This document shows positions 1 to 13,499 of a DNA stretch of 64,000 nt, piece after piece (position 1 is the stretch's first letter; each line of letters opens with the position of its first letter). A program made the translations under genes and the position numbers. The stretch is from Nageia nagi (Eukaryota; Plantae; Pinophyta): NCBI GenBank assembly GCA_050084985.1, contig JBITNC010000002.1, positions 18,662,001 to 18,726,000 of the forward strand, written 5' to 3'. The notes under the pieces were generated by a model. That model was not told the origin of the DNA. It worked only from the letters and a program-made list of their open reading frames with translations, and did not search any database.

Positions 1-166
1 ATCTAAGGATAGGATATTATTGGATGTAATTTCACATGGGAAGGAATTAGGATAAATCATTGTATCAATTTATGTGATTACTTCATTTTTAATTCTGCTT
101 GTTTGTAATTGCATGTTTTTCTATGTTTTTTTAATGTATATTAAAAAATTCTTGAATGGTATAAGT

Positions 167-1030
167 AATATTGAAAGATGTATTTCTGGTGTCTATAATA
201 AAATCGATATGATTTAATTGATGAAGTTATATAAATGTATTTGTATTTTATTAACTTCAAAAAATATATGAGAATAAGCCAAATTAATTTATGAGTTAAC
301 ATGATAATGTCTTAGTTGTTTAAAGCACTTAGTCCATATGTTTAAAGCATTGATTCATATTTTTTTATTTTGTTAATAAATTTTTTAATCTTCTTTCTAT
401 TGTTTATCAAATACTAATAAAGGCTTAACCTCCTTTAAACCTATTTATTTGTAGGACCTATCAAGTATTATTAAATATTATCAATGTAGGGGGTGGAAGT
501 AGAACTTCAAATATTCCATGTGAGTACTTTCATATCTCACATGTCTCCCAAATTCCCTAGCAAGAGGTGATAAGTTAATCTTTTAAGTCTTAACAAACAT
601 CATTATATTTTGTTTGATCTTATTTTAATGATCTTATTTTTATTAGATAAATGTAAGTGATTCAATCAATTATGGTAGAAAGTATGAATTTTTTTCTTAG
701 AATATCAATGCATTATTCAATGTTTTTTATTATGTAGAAAACAATAATTGAAATACTTGATTCATATATATTTACTTCTAAATAAAATTCGATAATTCCA
801 ACAAACCAAAAAAAAAAAATTAAAAGGATAATAAAATTAAGTATATAGTATTTTAACCACAGTTCAGTAAGCCTCTAGTCTTAATTTAACACAGTTTTTG
901 ATATGGTGCCTTTTTGATATTAGTATGCATTGTCTATGCCTTGACAACTCAAGATGAACTTAGTCATCTATACAGAAAATATTCTATTCCAACATCAGCA
1001 TAAGTTAAAGAAAAGGAATTGAAATACAAT
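167..1030. repeat. Segmental tandem duplication of the MYB 3' end and downstream flank (copy 1)
   Basis: 167-355 matches 3901-4070; 353-580 matches 7820-8045; 650-1030 matches 8285-8645. The order is colinear, and copy 2 has ~3.7 kb of extra DNA at 4070-7820. Confidence 0.85.
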
Positions 1031-1045
1031 ACAGACAAGACTAAG
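960..1045 (-). pseudogene. 3' remnant of a tandem paralogue of the MYB gene (end of last exon)
   Basis: Minus strand reads LYFNSFSLTYADVGIEYF(+1 nt)CIDD*, versus [22 protein letters not shown] at 8575-8643. The adjacent 3' flank 650-960 aligns to 8285-8575. Confidence 0.85.
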
Positions 1046-1049
1046 CATT

Positions 1050-1111
1050 GCACAAAAGGAAAAACTTCCACATTTTGACCTTAAAGTGGACCTAATTTCT
1101 TGCACCCACCC
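1050..1111. mobile_element. Terminal fragment of the GGG..CCC TIR element family (see 43229-43891)
   Basis: AGGAAAAACTTCCACATTTTGACCTTAAAGTGGACCTAATTTCTTGCACCCACCC matches 43837-43891 and ends at the same CCC terminus. Confidence 0.75.
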
Positions 1112-2249
1112 AAGAATAAAAGGTAAAAATATCTAGGTGATATTGATCATATTATAATAATATGGGGTGGCATGTTGTCTTATTACTCCTATATAGTATT
1201 TCATCATTGAATGACATATTATGGTCTCTTTGTTGCATTACATTATAATTGTATGCTTGTATACCTTTGGTTGTAAAAACCTTTTTCACACTGTAGATTG
1301 CATTATAAAAATGCATAATGAGTCTTTATTTCTTGCATATGGTTTTAGTATTACTTATGTAAACAATATTTTATATTTGAAGATAAATTAGAGAATAATA
1401 ATGTACATAAATGGCTGAAGCATTTAATTATATGATCTCTATTGGATTAGGAGATTCTTTTAAATATGTACTTATTTTTTCATGGCTATTCATAGTGTTG
1501 GGGCACCCTTCTTATGGTTGTGCTTATGATTCACCCATGATGGTTCCTATTATAATTAATTATGTTGGACCATATAGACTCCTTAATTTTGAGAGGTTGT
1601 TTGATAATATTGGTGCAAGAGAACTTTGATAGTTGTACAAATTTAAAAATATGATAAGAAAAATCCTTGATGTATGCATGTATTACAAAAATAATGCAAA
1701 AATATTAGTATCTATAATAAAGTAAAGATTATATTTATAGTGGAATCATTAAGAAACATGTAACCTTATATGAAACCATTAAATTTTGGTATTGACAAAT
1801 GATTGAATGTAATATGTATTCTAATATAATATTAATAAATTTATATTGCATTGTAACATTAGCTACCTATGGTTTTATTCAAGTAGGATAATGCAAAACT
1901 ACTTATGAACACCTTCATAGTTCTTTTGCTTAGCTCAAAATTCTAGTGTTATGTGTGCATACTTTGGGTTATCATATTTGCTTTCCATAATTGTATTATT
2001 CATTTATGATTTCATATAAGGTTCAAATTATTAATATGTTAGTGAAAGAATCTTTGTATTGTTTGTTATCTTATTGTATTTGCAATTATAAGTTGTAATG
2101 TAAGAATGTGATCCTTATATTAATATGTTATATGTTTAAGTTGAATACATATGTTTATATTTGTATAGCAATATGGCATGCTCTTTGGAAAATATTGAAT
2201 ATAGTGATATAAACATGTAGAACAACTTTAAAAATTATTTGATGCTTTG

Positions 2250-2850
2250 AAATGATAAAGTCTTCCAAGTGAGAAAGTATTGAAATTAAATTCATTCGCT
2301 AGGATCCCTTCCAAAAATATTATTTCATCATAAAATAACTTAAAGAGAAATACCTCATCTAATAAGAAGCCAAAACTTATCAAAAGTGGGATCAAAACCA
2401 CACTTTCTTCTAGATAGACACGTTTCATATGCTTAGATTGGAAAACATGTACAAAGGAAAAGATCAATCTCCTAGAAACAATACTAAGAGTAGGAATAGG
2501 TTTAATGGACAAGTCTATTTCAAGATTAGGCAATAAATTTCTCAAGTTGAGAAAGTTTTTAAATACATAAAAAATATATTTTACTTTTATTATAACAAAC
2601 AAAATAAATTATAAATTTAGATTGTCCAAAGTTAAATATTAAACTAATTCAAATAATCCTTCTCTTGAAATCTATCAAAGAGAAACAATCAATATCATCC
2701 TTCCCTAGATGAGAACCCTATTTTTGTGCTACTTAGAAGTTAAAGAGGATTATGTAAACAAATATATTGGAGGGAGGGAGGAGATAACAAGGATAAAGAT
2801 TCTCAACCAATCAAAGGATCTATTTCAATAGGGTATAAGTTTTGCATTGG
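2250..2850 (+). mobile_element. Possible highly decayed LINE ORF2 C-terminal fragment
   Basis: Weak motif resembling GxxTxFWxD (KSGIKT..FF*IDT near 2385-2420). Otherwise fragmented. Confidence 0.25.
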
Positions 2851-4834
2851 AAACTATTTAACTAAATTGCATCTTTGAAGTTATATAAATAGTATGTAAT
2901 TTAATAATAGTATGAGAAATAAAGTTTGAATTGGACTTAGTCAAATGAGTAGAACAAACTAGTACTTACATTAAACATAATAAACAAGTAAATTAATTTT
3001 TAAAAATCATAAAAATATAAGAAATTTTAATAAGAAATATATCATTTCTTCATTCCACATGAATATAATTGCAAAAAGTAATAAATAGTCAACTAATTTA
3101 TGAAAATATATGTAGCAAATACAAAATATTGACTTGAACAAAATTAAAAATTCTAAACAAAGAACATATTTGATATCTTTTAAAGTAATGAAGTTAAAGT
3201 AGACTGAATAAAATCCATAAATGATGACCCATGAATGAATTAGTGAATGATGTATTTTACTATCCTTTAAAGATAATTGGTTGTAGGACTTATCAAAATT
3301 TATCCAAAGATAAATATTTATATCATTTATTTATTCAAATGATTCTTTCTAACATAAGATTCGTAATAAAATTAGTAAAATTATTTTAGTTATATTATTT
3401 TAAAAATAATAAATTAGGTTGTAAATATAAATGTCAGGATTTTCTAATGTTTATGTAAAATGGAAGAAAATGATTATCAGCTTTTATGAAAATTAGATTA
3501 CAAAAATTACAAATTATTTTATGCAATGGTGTCCATCTACCTCCCACTATGGAATTCATGTGAATTAGATGATAAATTTTTTAAATACCAGTCAAACTTT
3601 TTCCCATGTGAAAGCCCATTTATGCAAAGGATATATGGAATTAAATACTTTGGTTAATTCATGCTTGGTAGTCCAAGTAATAATTGTTAGTTCACATAAT
3701 TAAGTATTTCATAAAAATAACAACTTTGTATGCGTTCCAATATTCAAATATTTATGATTTATATGGAGTAGAAAAATAACTCTAGTCACTTATGTAGTTT
3801 CTACATTATATTTTGATGGTCATAACTAGGAAAGGGTTAAATTAAATTATGAAATAAAAAAAAAAGTTAGTTGAACAACATGCAAATTTTTTTTGAAAGC
3901 AATATTGAATGATGCATTTCTAGTGATTATAGTAAAATTGATATGATTTAATTAATAGAGTTATATGAATATATTTGCATCATTGTTAACTTCAAATAAT
4001 ACATAAGAATAAGAAAAATTAATTTATGAGTATAGATGATAGTATCTTAGTTATTTAAAGCATTGATTCCACAAATTTCACAGCTTGGTTAACTAATAGG
4101 CATTTTGTATTACCCATAAATATTGAGTATGATCTCAAACTATCCATCTTAACTACAATATATTAGATTATTCCTAAAGGAGTATATATCTTCACTACAA
4201 TTTCTTCTAATGAGAAAATAACAATAACCATAGTTACGAGGTTCGATAATTTTAATTCCTACCAATGATTTAAAAAATTTGGAAGTTCAAGAATTTGCAA
4301 AAAGTTTCATTTAGTTTGGAAAAATACAAATGAGTAGATATATACAAATATTTTTAAAATAAATATAATCCTATAGATACATTTATAAGTACATAAAAAT
4401 TAAATATAATTACATTATTTAATACAAAATCAAAATACTATTGAAAACTTAAAAGATTTTTTGAATCTATCTACCTTTGTAGTGTTTTTTAGATTGATAT
4501 ATGTATGCATTCTAGGTACCACATTTAATAGTAATCAAATTATCATAGTTATGTTGCATTTTCTACTAGTTAATGCTATTGGCTACTTTTATAAATATTA
4601 TATATTTTGTTAATGACTCAATTTTGTATAAGGGACAAAGATTCTTTCAAAACTTTTGTTTTTTTATTAATATCAATTTACTTGATTTTAGTAAAAAAAT
4701 TAAAATATTATATTAAATTAATAAATATATCAAATTATTAAATTAAAATATATTAATTAATAAATATAGTAAATTATTTTCTTACAAGAAGAGGGGCTGG
4801 ATTTGTTGCAAGCAAAATGTAACATAAATACTAG

Positions 4835-6300
4835 TGCAACCTAACATAAGGATGAGCGCATGTAGCAGAAGTGCGGGTGAATTATTTCAAAAGTGTGATA
4901 GGATGTTATTAAGCAAATTATAGCTTAACAAAGTTGTAATCTTGTTGAAATGAAACCAAACAATATTCAAAATGCGATGAATAAATCAAAATTATGACCT
5001 GATCCAAGGAATGTAAAAGCATGTTGATGTAAGAAAAAATATTCATAGAGGAGGAAATCAGGATGGTATTAGAGCCTAAATTCTCTAATGATGAGATTAG
5101 TATTTTGATTCTAAAAAGTATAACAGAGAAGGAAGAGGAGAGGCTAAAATCAACCCTTATTCAAATTTCATTTTGATGAAGATCTACAAAGAGTGATAGA
5201 GATGGGTCCATGGTTTCTTTGAAAAAGAAGATTGGTCATAAGTGATGGGAGAAAAATTTCTCCCTTGAAAGTAAAAATTTCAACCTCATTACAACATGGG
5301 TCTCACAACTTGAACTTCACCCATCTTGTTGGTACCCATGTATTATAGCCAAAATTACAAAAGCAATTAGATCCTTTTTCATAATTAAGTAATCAACAAT
5401 ATTAAAAATTAACTTTATAGATGCAAGATTTATGGTTACTTTAGATATTTCTAAACCTATGATGAAGGAGACAAAATTAAAAATAAAAGATGGAAGAAAA
5501 TGGATGCAACCAATTGGATATGAAAATTTGATAGTACAATATGGAATTTATAAGATTTATGAGCACTATGCAAAGGATTTCCTAGAAAAGAAGAGGAGGA
5601 TGAAGAAATAAGAGAAAAAGAAAAAAATGTAAAGGAATGTCAAGATAAACATAAAGAGCACAGGTGGAAATTAGTTTTGAAATAAAAAAAACATGAAAAA
5701 ATCAAAAGAATACAACCAAAATGCAAACAAAATGAACCACCTTAGAAAAATAATCAACTTCAAAAGAAGTACAATGAAAGAAATTAACTACATTAAACTC
5801 CTATGTAGTACTATCAATTTTAGAAGGAATAGATAAAGAACCAACAAATCTTAATATAGATATTTCAGAAGATAAGACAACAAGTATGGAAGTTGTGGAA
5901 GGGGAAGATGGAGAAACAATAAGGAGGGTGAAAAAAAACATAAAGAATGAATATAATCAAGCAATAACAACATAATAAGAAGAAATTCAAGCTAGAATCC
6001 CATCAAGAAATATACTAAACTCTAAAAAAATAACAAATATTGGACAAAGACATGTAGATAGACCACCCCTAGAAGACACTAGGGGAGAAACTCATTGACC
6101 ATGATATAACAAATGGAAATCAATTAACTCTACATCAAATCAACAAATCTCATCCAACCTTTGGGTTGAACAAAAGATTTCTTTATTAGAATATTCCAAT
6201 GATAAAAAAGTTGTTGGGCTGTATCTGCAATTTGATGATTTTTTATTAATACAATTTGTATAGTAGGTTGCATTAGGGATACCAATAGGTTATAGTTAGA
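4835..6300 (+). mobile_element. ORF1-only LINE derivative, copy 1 (3'-truncated, internal ~116-bp deletion)
   Basis: Aligns throughout to 44245-45857. Decayed DUF4283-like motifs (VIEMGPWFL, ARFMVTLDISKP) and a zinc knuckle. Lacks the equivalent of 44583-44698. Confidence 0.85.
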
Positions 6301-7539
6301 TATCTTGTAGTGTTGCATTCAAAATAAAGAATTGCACTTGATCAAGTGTATAAACATTATTTGCAATCATCTAAGATTCACAAAGATATATTTTTGGTCA
6401 ACAATGTCAAGTGTGATAACCTCATCAATGCAAGTGACATTTTTGTTGGAATGATTGAGAAAGATTTTCTTGGCATATCATGGTTACAACCTACAAAAAA
6501 TAATGGCTTTCTAAGGAAGCATTGGGTAATTAATTTTTCTAAGAATGATTACTTTTTTAATTTTTATTTTGATAAGAATTGAATAAAACCAAATCAATTT
6601 ATTTATTTATTTATTTTTTTAAATTTTGGTTTGGATTGAAGCTTTAACATATTCAACAAAACTTGATTATGATGAAAACAATAACCAATGTATGCAAATG
6701 TATTAAAAATGATCAATAAAGGACATAATTTTACTAAATTGTATGCATATAGAGATATAATGAATGAAACAGAAGCCATTCTCAACACACTTAAAAATCG
6801 ATTTTATTTTTTGCTATTTTTTCTATAAATGTTAAATACATTCATAGATAAATAAGTAAATCGATATGAAATACAATATAATCTATTAATGAGAATAAAA
6901 AGGAGGAATTTATTTAAACAATAACAAGGTTTACAAATAAGAAAAAATAATTAGACAAGGTACTAGACCCAACACCATTTTCCCCACAAGAATAAACATT
7001 AGACAATAAAAATATAAAATACTTTTACATATCCCCTAACCATCATTCAAGCTCATCAATTTCTACTTGCATTCTAAAAAGGATCATTAGTATTCTTTTT
7101 TGGTAATCATCCACAATAACTTCCATCTTTAATTCTAAAATTAGAAATTCTTATGCCATGAATTTATCTCATTTCAATACTCTTAAAGTACATATCATTA
7201 CCAATTATGTTCAACATCCATCTTTGCCTTGACTATGTCTATCTCCTTTGTTGGGATTTTTATATGGTGGGTATGTTCACATCCATGCATGAAATCCTTC
7301 TTGCTCTTAGAGATCTCTATAGGATCACTTCCATGGTGCTCAATATCCTCCAATATCATCTTTCCTTTACTAGCCATAAGTTGAGTAAGAGTTTTTAGAG
7401 GGCAAACGTCCTCCTTAGGTAAGCACTTTATACATAGAATCAAATTGCACTGCTAGGTGGGAGGGAGGTAAGAGATAAATGATCAACCATGAACCAATAG
7501 TAGGTAGTTAACATAGGCTCACCAATGCGCCAACATGAA

Positions 7540-7720
7540 CAATGTTTAAAAAATAGCTTTAGGATAAATTTCAAAAATCATTTAAAACTCAACAAAATCG
7601 ATAATAAATTACAAACTTTAAGAAAATGTTCTAAAAGGAAAAATCATAATTTTTAGAAAAAAATAACCGAAAAGAAAATTCATGATAAATCATGATTGAT
7701 AGGTGATTTTCTAAACATTG
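7540..7720. mobile_element. Small MITE with hAT-like termini
   Basis: TIR CAATGTTTAAAAAAT / reverse complement CAATGTTTAGAAAAT, 14/15 identical; 181 bp. TSD not convincingly preserved. Confidence 0.5.
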
Positions 7721-8574
7721 GTATGTAATCACCCACTTATTATAGATAGGAAAGCACATCTCTAATAATCATTGGAGGATTCTTTATTATAGGGTTGACA
7801 TCAAATTCCTTGCTTTATGTTTCATATTTTTTATTTTGTTAATTAATTTTTTAATCTTCTTTCTAATATTTATCAAACACCAATAAAAATGTAACCTTCT
7901 TTAAACCTATTTATTTGTAGGACATATCAAGAATTTTTAAATATCACCAATGTAGTAGGTGGGTGTAGAACTTGAGACATTCCATGTGGGTGCCTTCACA
8001 CCTCACTTATCTCTAATTCTCCTAGCAAGAGATGATAAACTAGCTTTGATATAACCTCTTATATATCAAGAAATGCCGAGATATATCATTCTGGATATGC
8101 CTATTTTGGATATAGCAAATTGTTACATAGCTGAATTCTAATTAATTTTATTTTATAATTTCAAATTAATTAAGCATTTCATTTATATGTAAAAAATATT
8201 TATTAAAATTAATATAGTCGATTTTATATTAAAATATTAATAAAATCAAAATAGTTGGTCAAAATAGCTCCTAACCCTACCATTGTAATGAATTATTGTG
8301 ATCAATTATCTTTAAGAGTTTCTTTTTTTTTTTCACGAAATATCTATACATTACTCAATATTTTTCTTTATATGAAAAATAATAATTCAAATAAATAATT
8401 GATATATAATTATTTCTCAATAAACTTTTATAAATCCTACAAACCAAAAAAATTTAAAAAAGTAATAAAGTATAACTATATAATCTTTTAACCACAGTAC
8501 GCCTTTAGAATTAATTAACCCATATTTTTTATATTAGGACGCCTTGCCTCTGCCTTGACCAGTCAAGGTTAAAC

Positions 8575-9500
8575 TTAGTCATCTACACAAAAATCTTCTA
8601 TTCCAATATCAACAAAAGGTAAAGAAAAGGAACTGAAATCCAGATTATAGGACGCCTCATACGATTTGGTGACCCCAAGATTTGTTGATGAAGTAGAACA
8701 TGACTCAAATGCTATGCTGTCAAAAGGTTCCTCTAGAAGTTCCGCCATTAGCGAGTCCTCGAAGAATATGCTCCACAATTTGGAGGTATCCAGCTTTTCA
8801 CTGCATCTCATGCCATCCAAATTAGACGAAGAAACTGGTTTATATGCTACCGTTCTACAAACTTGTTTATCTTCACCATAATTAAATGAAGAACACTCCT
8901 TTTTAGTCTGTTTGGAAATACTTCTCCGCTTTTTATTGCTCAATTTAGAGTTCAAGGTAGTGTTGTTAAACTTCTTCCTTAAATGAGCATTCCAATAGTT
9001 CTTTATTTGATTTTCCGTTCTTCCAGGAAGTCTTCCAGCTATAAGTGACCATCTGCGTACAACATACAAAATAGTTATCAGGGGACTGTTGGCAATAATG
9101 ATAGAAATTTTCAGACAACACATATGATGGGCAAACTAATCCGAATGGAAGAATAAATAACATGCTAATTACCTATTGCCAAGGAGACGATGCATTCGGA
9201 TGATAAGTTCCTCTTCGTCACCAGAAATGGGGTATTTCTTAATCTCTGGGCGAAGATGATTGAGCCACCGTCGTCAGCAGCTCCTACCACATCTACTTAG
9301 CCCTGAAAAGTATATATTTTTTTTTATACTTTGCAGTGCCAACGTTGAATATTGATATTGGAAGAAGGGACTAATGTGTTTACCCGTTGCATAAGCAACA
9401 GATTCCCATGAGTTTGGACATAGTTGAGCAAAATCATGTCCTCCTGTACAGTCCATGCCCCTTTCTTCACCTCCGTTTGCTCCCATTGCCTTCTCACCAT
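8575..9500 (-). pseudogene. R2R3-MYB transcription factor pseudogene (bHLH-interacting, flavonoid/epidermal-type), 3 exons: 9500-9384, 9302-9173, 9052-8575
   Basis: Exon 1 reads MVRRQWEQTEVKKGAWTVQEDMILLNYVQTH and then, in a shifted frame, WESVAYATG. GT-AG intron 9383-9303. Exon 2 is the canonical 130 bp: [47 protein letters not shown] intron 9172-9053. Exon 3 reads [27 protein letters not shown], then an acidic C-terminus, stop at 8575-8577. [20 protein letters not shown] fits [D/E]Lx2[R/K]x3Lx6Lx3R. Lesions: frameshift near 9408 and in-frame TGA at 9274-9276. Confidence 0.93.
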
Positions 9501-9554
9501 CGTTGAATGCAATTGTTTTTTCCGTGATCATCTGATTTTGGATAAGTTCATGTG

Positions 9555-9790
9555 TTTGCCAAATATATATATCAGTTGCTAATGTTGAGGGGCTTTATGA
9601 ATTTAAAGGACACTTCAATTAAAATTTACCGATAAGAGTAGCGCGGGAACATAAGGTGCAGCAGGCTTCCCACGTCGGAATCGAGCAAATTATTATGTGA
9701 GAAATAAGAAGTCCACTTCCCCAACGGCTCTAAGTGACAATTTGGAGAGCTATTTACCATTCAAAACGGAAGTCGGTAACATTTCGTTTT
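9555..9790 (-). promoter_or_regulatory. Probable core/proximal promoter of the MYB gene
   Basis: TATATATA run at ~9563-9572, about 60-70 bp upstream of the ATG. ACGT core (CCCACGTCGG, ~9669) and CAACGG (~9722). CpG dinucleotides are retained here. Confidence 0.5.
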
Positions 9791-12700
9791 CTCTGTATTA
9801 AATTGTGGTTGCTTACAATTTTTCTTTTTCAATTTCTTTCTCAATTTATGTAGGTCGTAGCTGAAAACTTTGTAATTCGATTTTTTTTTTTTGAAACATT
9901 TTAAAGAATTGAATTAGTAAAATTTGTATTTTAACAAAGTTCCGTAAATTGTAGTTAATTCATTATTAACATTTGACATATACGTGATAGTGGAACAAGT
10001 GTGAGCAAGGGTTTCTATGGCATTGCTTTGTTTAGTCTTTTTCTTAGTTTTTGACTAAGTTATTTACAAACAAATAGATAAGTTGCTTCTAATTCAGTAA
10101 TCCTTTTGTGATTTTATCAAACTCTGTTATAGTTTTAACTTTGAAATTAAAATTAAATTTAGCATTCAAATGGTTTACATAAAAAATAAATGTTCATTTT
10201 ATTGCTTGGTTTATTGTTAATAGAAATTTATTTTTAATCTTAATAAATCAATATTGAATTTTTTGATAATTTTATACATTATTTTCTATATCATTATGAA
10301 TTTAGTATTGATGTTATTATTTTTTTATCAAATCAAATATTGAATTGAGAAGTTGAGACAAAGTTTTTATAGATTGAATTTTTTGAATCATTATATTTGT
10401 TCTTATTCTTGAATAATATCTTAAGAAAATTAGATGAAGGAAAATAAGAAACAAGTGAAAGGTTTGTAGATTGTGAGAGCCTCCCAAGTGGCACTTTGTG
10501 ATATGTTCAAAATTTAACCTTAAACTTGGCATAAATTTCTTTTTTTAGCTATCTCCTTAGATGGTATAGGAATCATGTACAATTGCAAAACTTTACTTCT
10601 TGAAGGTGTGAGATAGATCCATTTTTTTTTTGGACTTAAAATCATTGCAAAATAAAGTTGATGTCAACCTTTTTATTATTATTATAGGGCCAAAGTTGAC
10701 CCTATTCTATGTTTTGGAGGCCTCTAAACTTGTCCTAATTGAGATGTGATTGTTTCTACATTTGATTTTTTGAGATATACTAAATTGAGATATTTTTATA
10801 TAATGACAACAAACTTCTTATTTATGATTTTTACAAATCTTTTCATTTTTGAAAATCTTACTTCTTGAATAAATTGTTAGAGTAGAGAATAAAAATGCAT
10901 AACATACTTTCTAAATGCACATCACCTATAACAAAATGTAATTTACAAAAAACTTAATAATTTGAAATTCTAAAATTTTAAAGTAGATCAATGAGATTCA
11001 TCACATAAAAAACTTAAAAACTATAATCACTACCAATAACTCCATAGGAATATACATATGCAACAATGAAATAGAATTCACCAAATAGTTAGAATCATTT
11101 TTACGTGAGACATAATTTATATTGAGGTTAAAATACGATTCTCAAAACATTAAAGTTATCTTAGAATGGAACAATAAAGTAAAGTACATCGTAATTTGTA
11201 GGATCAATCATATTTTGTTCCTCCAAGTATCAAGCATAATTTGGAAGTATTTATATAACTTGTTGTATAAAAAAATTGAATATAAGGGAAATACATTGAA
11301 TTCAATGCTTAATACATCATCACTAAAATAAGATCCCAACGTTCAGTCACTTGCTCTGTAATGTTACTTCTTGTTGGGATATAAAGTTTGAAGGTTCCTC
11401 GTTTGTCCAATCAGTAGTTACGAGCGGATAATTACTAAAACTAGTATAATTATTGTATTGTTTGGGTATTTATATTTTTGTACAATATTTAAAAAATCGC
11501 TCTTATAAGCCTTTCCATATATTTGTTTTTATCATGGTATCATATTCTATTCAAATATGACAGTAGGAAGAATAATTTCAAAGCAAATGAGAAATCTTTC
11601 AGGCTGAACTGAGAAAGTACCAATGCCTTTCATTGGAGATGTCTTTGTCATAAGTGTTATGCTGAGAATGATATGTTAGCTGAAGTGCTTTTGCTTGATG
11701 GACAGAAACGATTAAAACCAAGTTGTATTGAGTATAATATCAAGAAAGCACAGATGGCATGTTAGTGAAGCGTTTCAATTAAATAACGAAGTATGACCTA
11801 CGCCAGAAACTCAATGCCCACATTAAAAAAATGCACCAACCGGTCCCGCGAAAAATGCAGCACCCCCAAAAATGCAAATGCCCCTCGCCAGTAGCTAGAA
11901 AATGCAAAATGCCCCTCCCCAATAGCTAGCTCTTTCACCAATATTCTATGCATTCCCAAATCCTATATTTTAGAGATAATTGATGTTGCATTCCATAAAT
12001 CTTATTATTTTTCAGAAAGCAGGCAGTGCAGATTTTTTTGGAGATGAAACTCTCCCACGCTCGTGTGTAGATATCTATGTGGTTGACGTCAATGAAGCAA
12101 CATGAATCACTACAAAACGAATATTGTGACTAGTTTCTTATCAAGGAGGATTTATATTATATGGTTAACACACTTGAAGAGGAGTTGGGTAGGCTTGGTT
12201 TCAAAATGAAGTAATATCAATATTGTTTTTTTTGATAGGTGCTAAAGTCAAGCAAACTAAGATGTATTAATGGTTGAAAGTTTTCTATTTTAATTTTTAA
12301 CCAGTAATTTATAGAGTTTAGGAGTATCTGGGATACAATAAGGATTATTGTACTATGATTAAATATGTTTATATGTTATTTTTGCATTTTAGAGTGTATT
12401 TTTATGGAATCTAATTTTTTTATTATTGCATTAAACAATATAAGATACATCTATGATTAAGGGGAAGTTTTTAAAAATTTCTTGTTTTATGGTTGGATGT
12501 GTTAGTTTTCAATTATTGTTGTTACTTAAATGTGTTTGTCTCAAATCATATATGATGGGCGTTCATGATTGGATGAATGTGTCCGTAATCATGATGGTGG
12601 TAAATAGATGTATTTTTGTCTATATACATCCTGATAGATGTGTTCATCTCTATCCAATCTTTTTTGTGGTTTAATAATAGTAGATGTGTTATTCCATAGC

Positions 12701-13499
12701 ATAGATCATATGTAAATATGTGTTTGTTTGAAATATCAAGTGTAAGGAGTGCTAGAATATTAAGCTTGACAGTTTCTCATGTGTAGTTGATTCTAAGTAG
12801 TTACAATCACTAGTTGAGGAGTTAGGAGTGGATAGTTACTAAAACTACAATCACTATTCTATTGTTCATGTATTTATATTTGTATACTCTAATGGAAGAA
12901 TTTCTCTTTTGGGCCCTTATATATTTGCCATCACTTCTTATTATTAGGAGTTACTATAGATTATGATGACTAAATTATTAAGTTTTGGACCATTTTCTCA
13001 ATTTAGTTTCTAATGGGGGGGGTTAGGTAAACTAGGCTCATTGTGTTTATAGTTGTAACTTCTTAAGGTTAATCATTAATTATGGCTTCTTACTAGCTAA
13101 TTTCAATTGTGTTTAGTTTATATTTGATTTAGTTTTAGAGATGTTGATGCCCAAGTCCATATCGACTTCTATCTAAGCCTCATGTATTGATGGAAAGTTT
13201 TGAGTACTTCAATTCATGAGAAGCTTTATGGGTTATCCTGCTCAACTAAAAATGATATATCCTCTTAATTTTTGAAAATAGATGAAGCACCCTTGGAAAG
13301 AGCCTTTCATACCTCTTGTGATATTCCTAAAATTTCAAATAATGAACAACAAGAAAATGTTGGTATAATATTAAATAAATTGAAAGAATAAAATAGAAAT
13401 AAAAACAATTTAGCAAATTAAATTAACTATCTTTTTTTCACAAGATGGAAATATTGAGATTTTCACCAAATATATTTATAAGTATTCAAACCTAGAAGC

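Noticed and set aside
1411-1629. 72-aa ORF
   Set aside because: No recognisable motif or gene structure; CG-depleted context.
7198-7443. 81-aa minus-strand ORF
   Set aside because: No family recognised; lies within the inserted block of the duplicated flank and is probably TE debris.
8575-9123. 182-aa ORF as a stand-alone gene
   Set aside because: Its first ~24 codons are intron 2 of the MYB; it is exon 3 read through the acceptor.
12108-12117. CACTACAAAA as a CACTA terminus
   Set aside because: No matching TAGTG end with a 3-bp TSD and no CACTA transposase found nearby.
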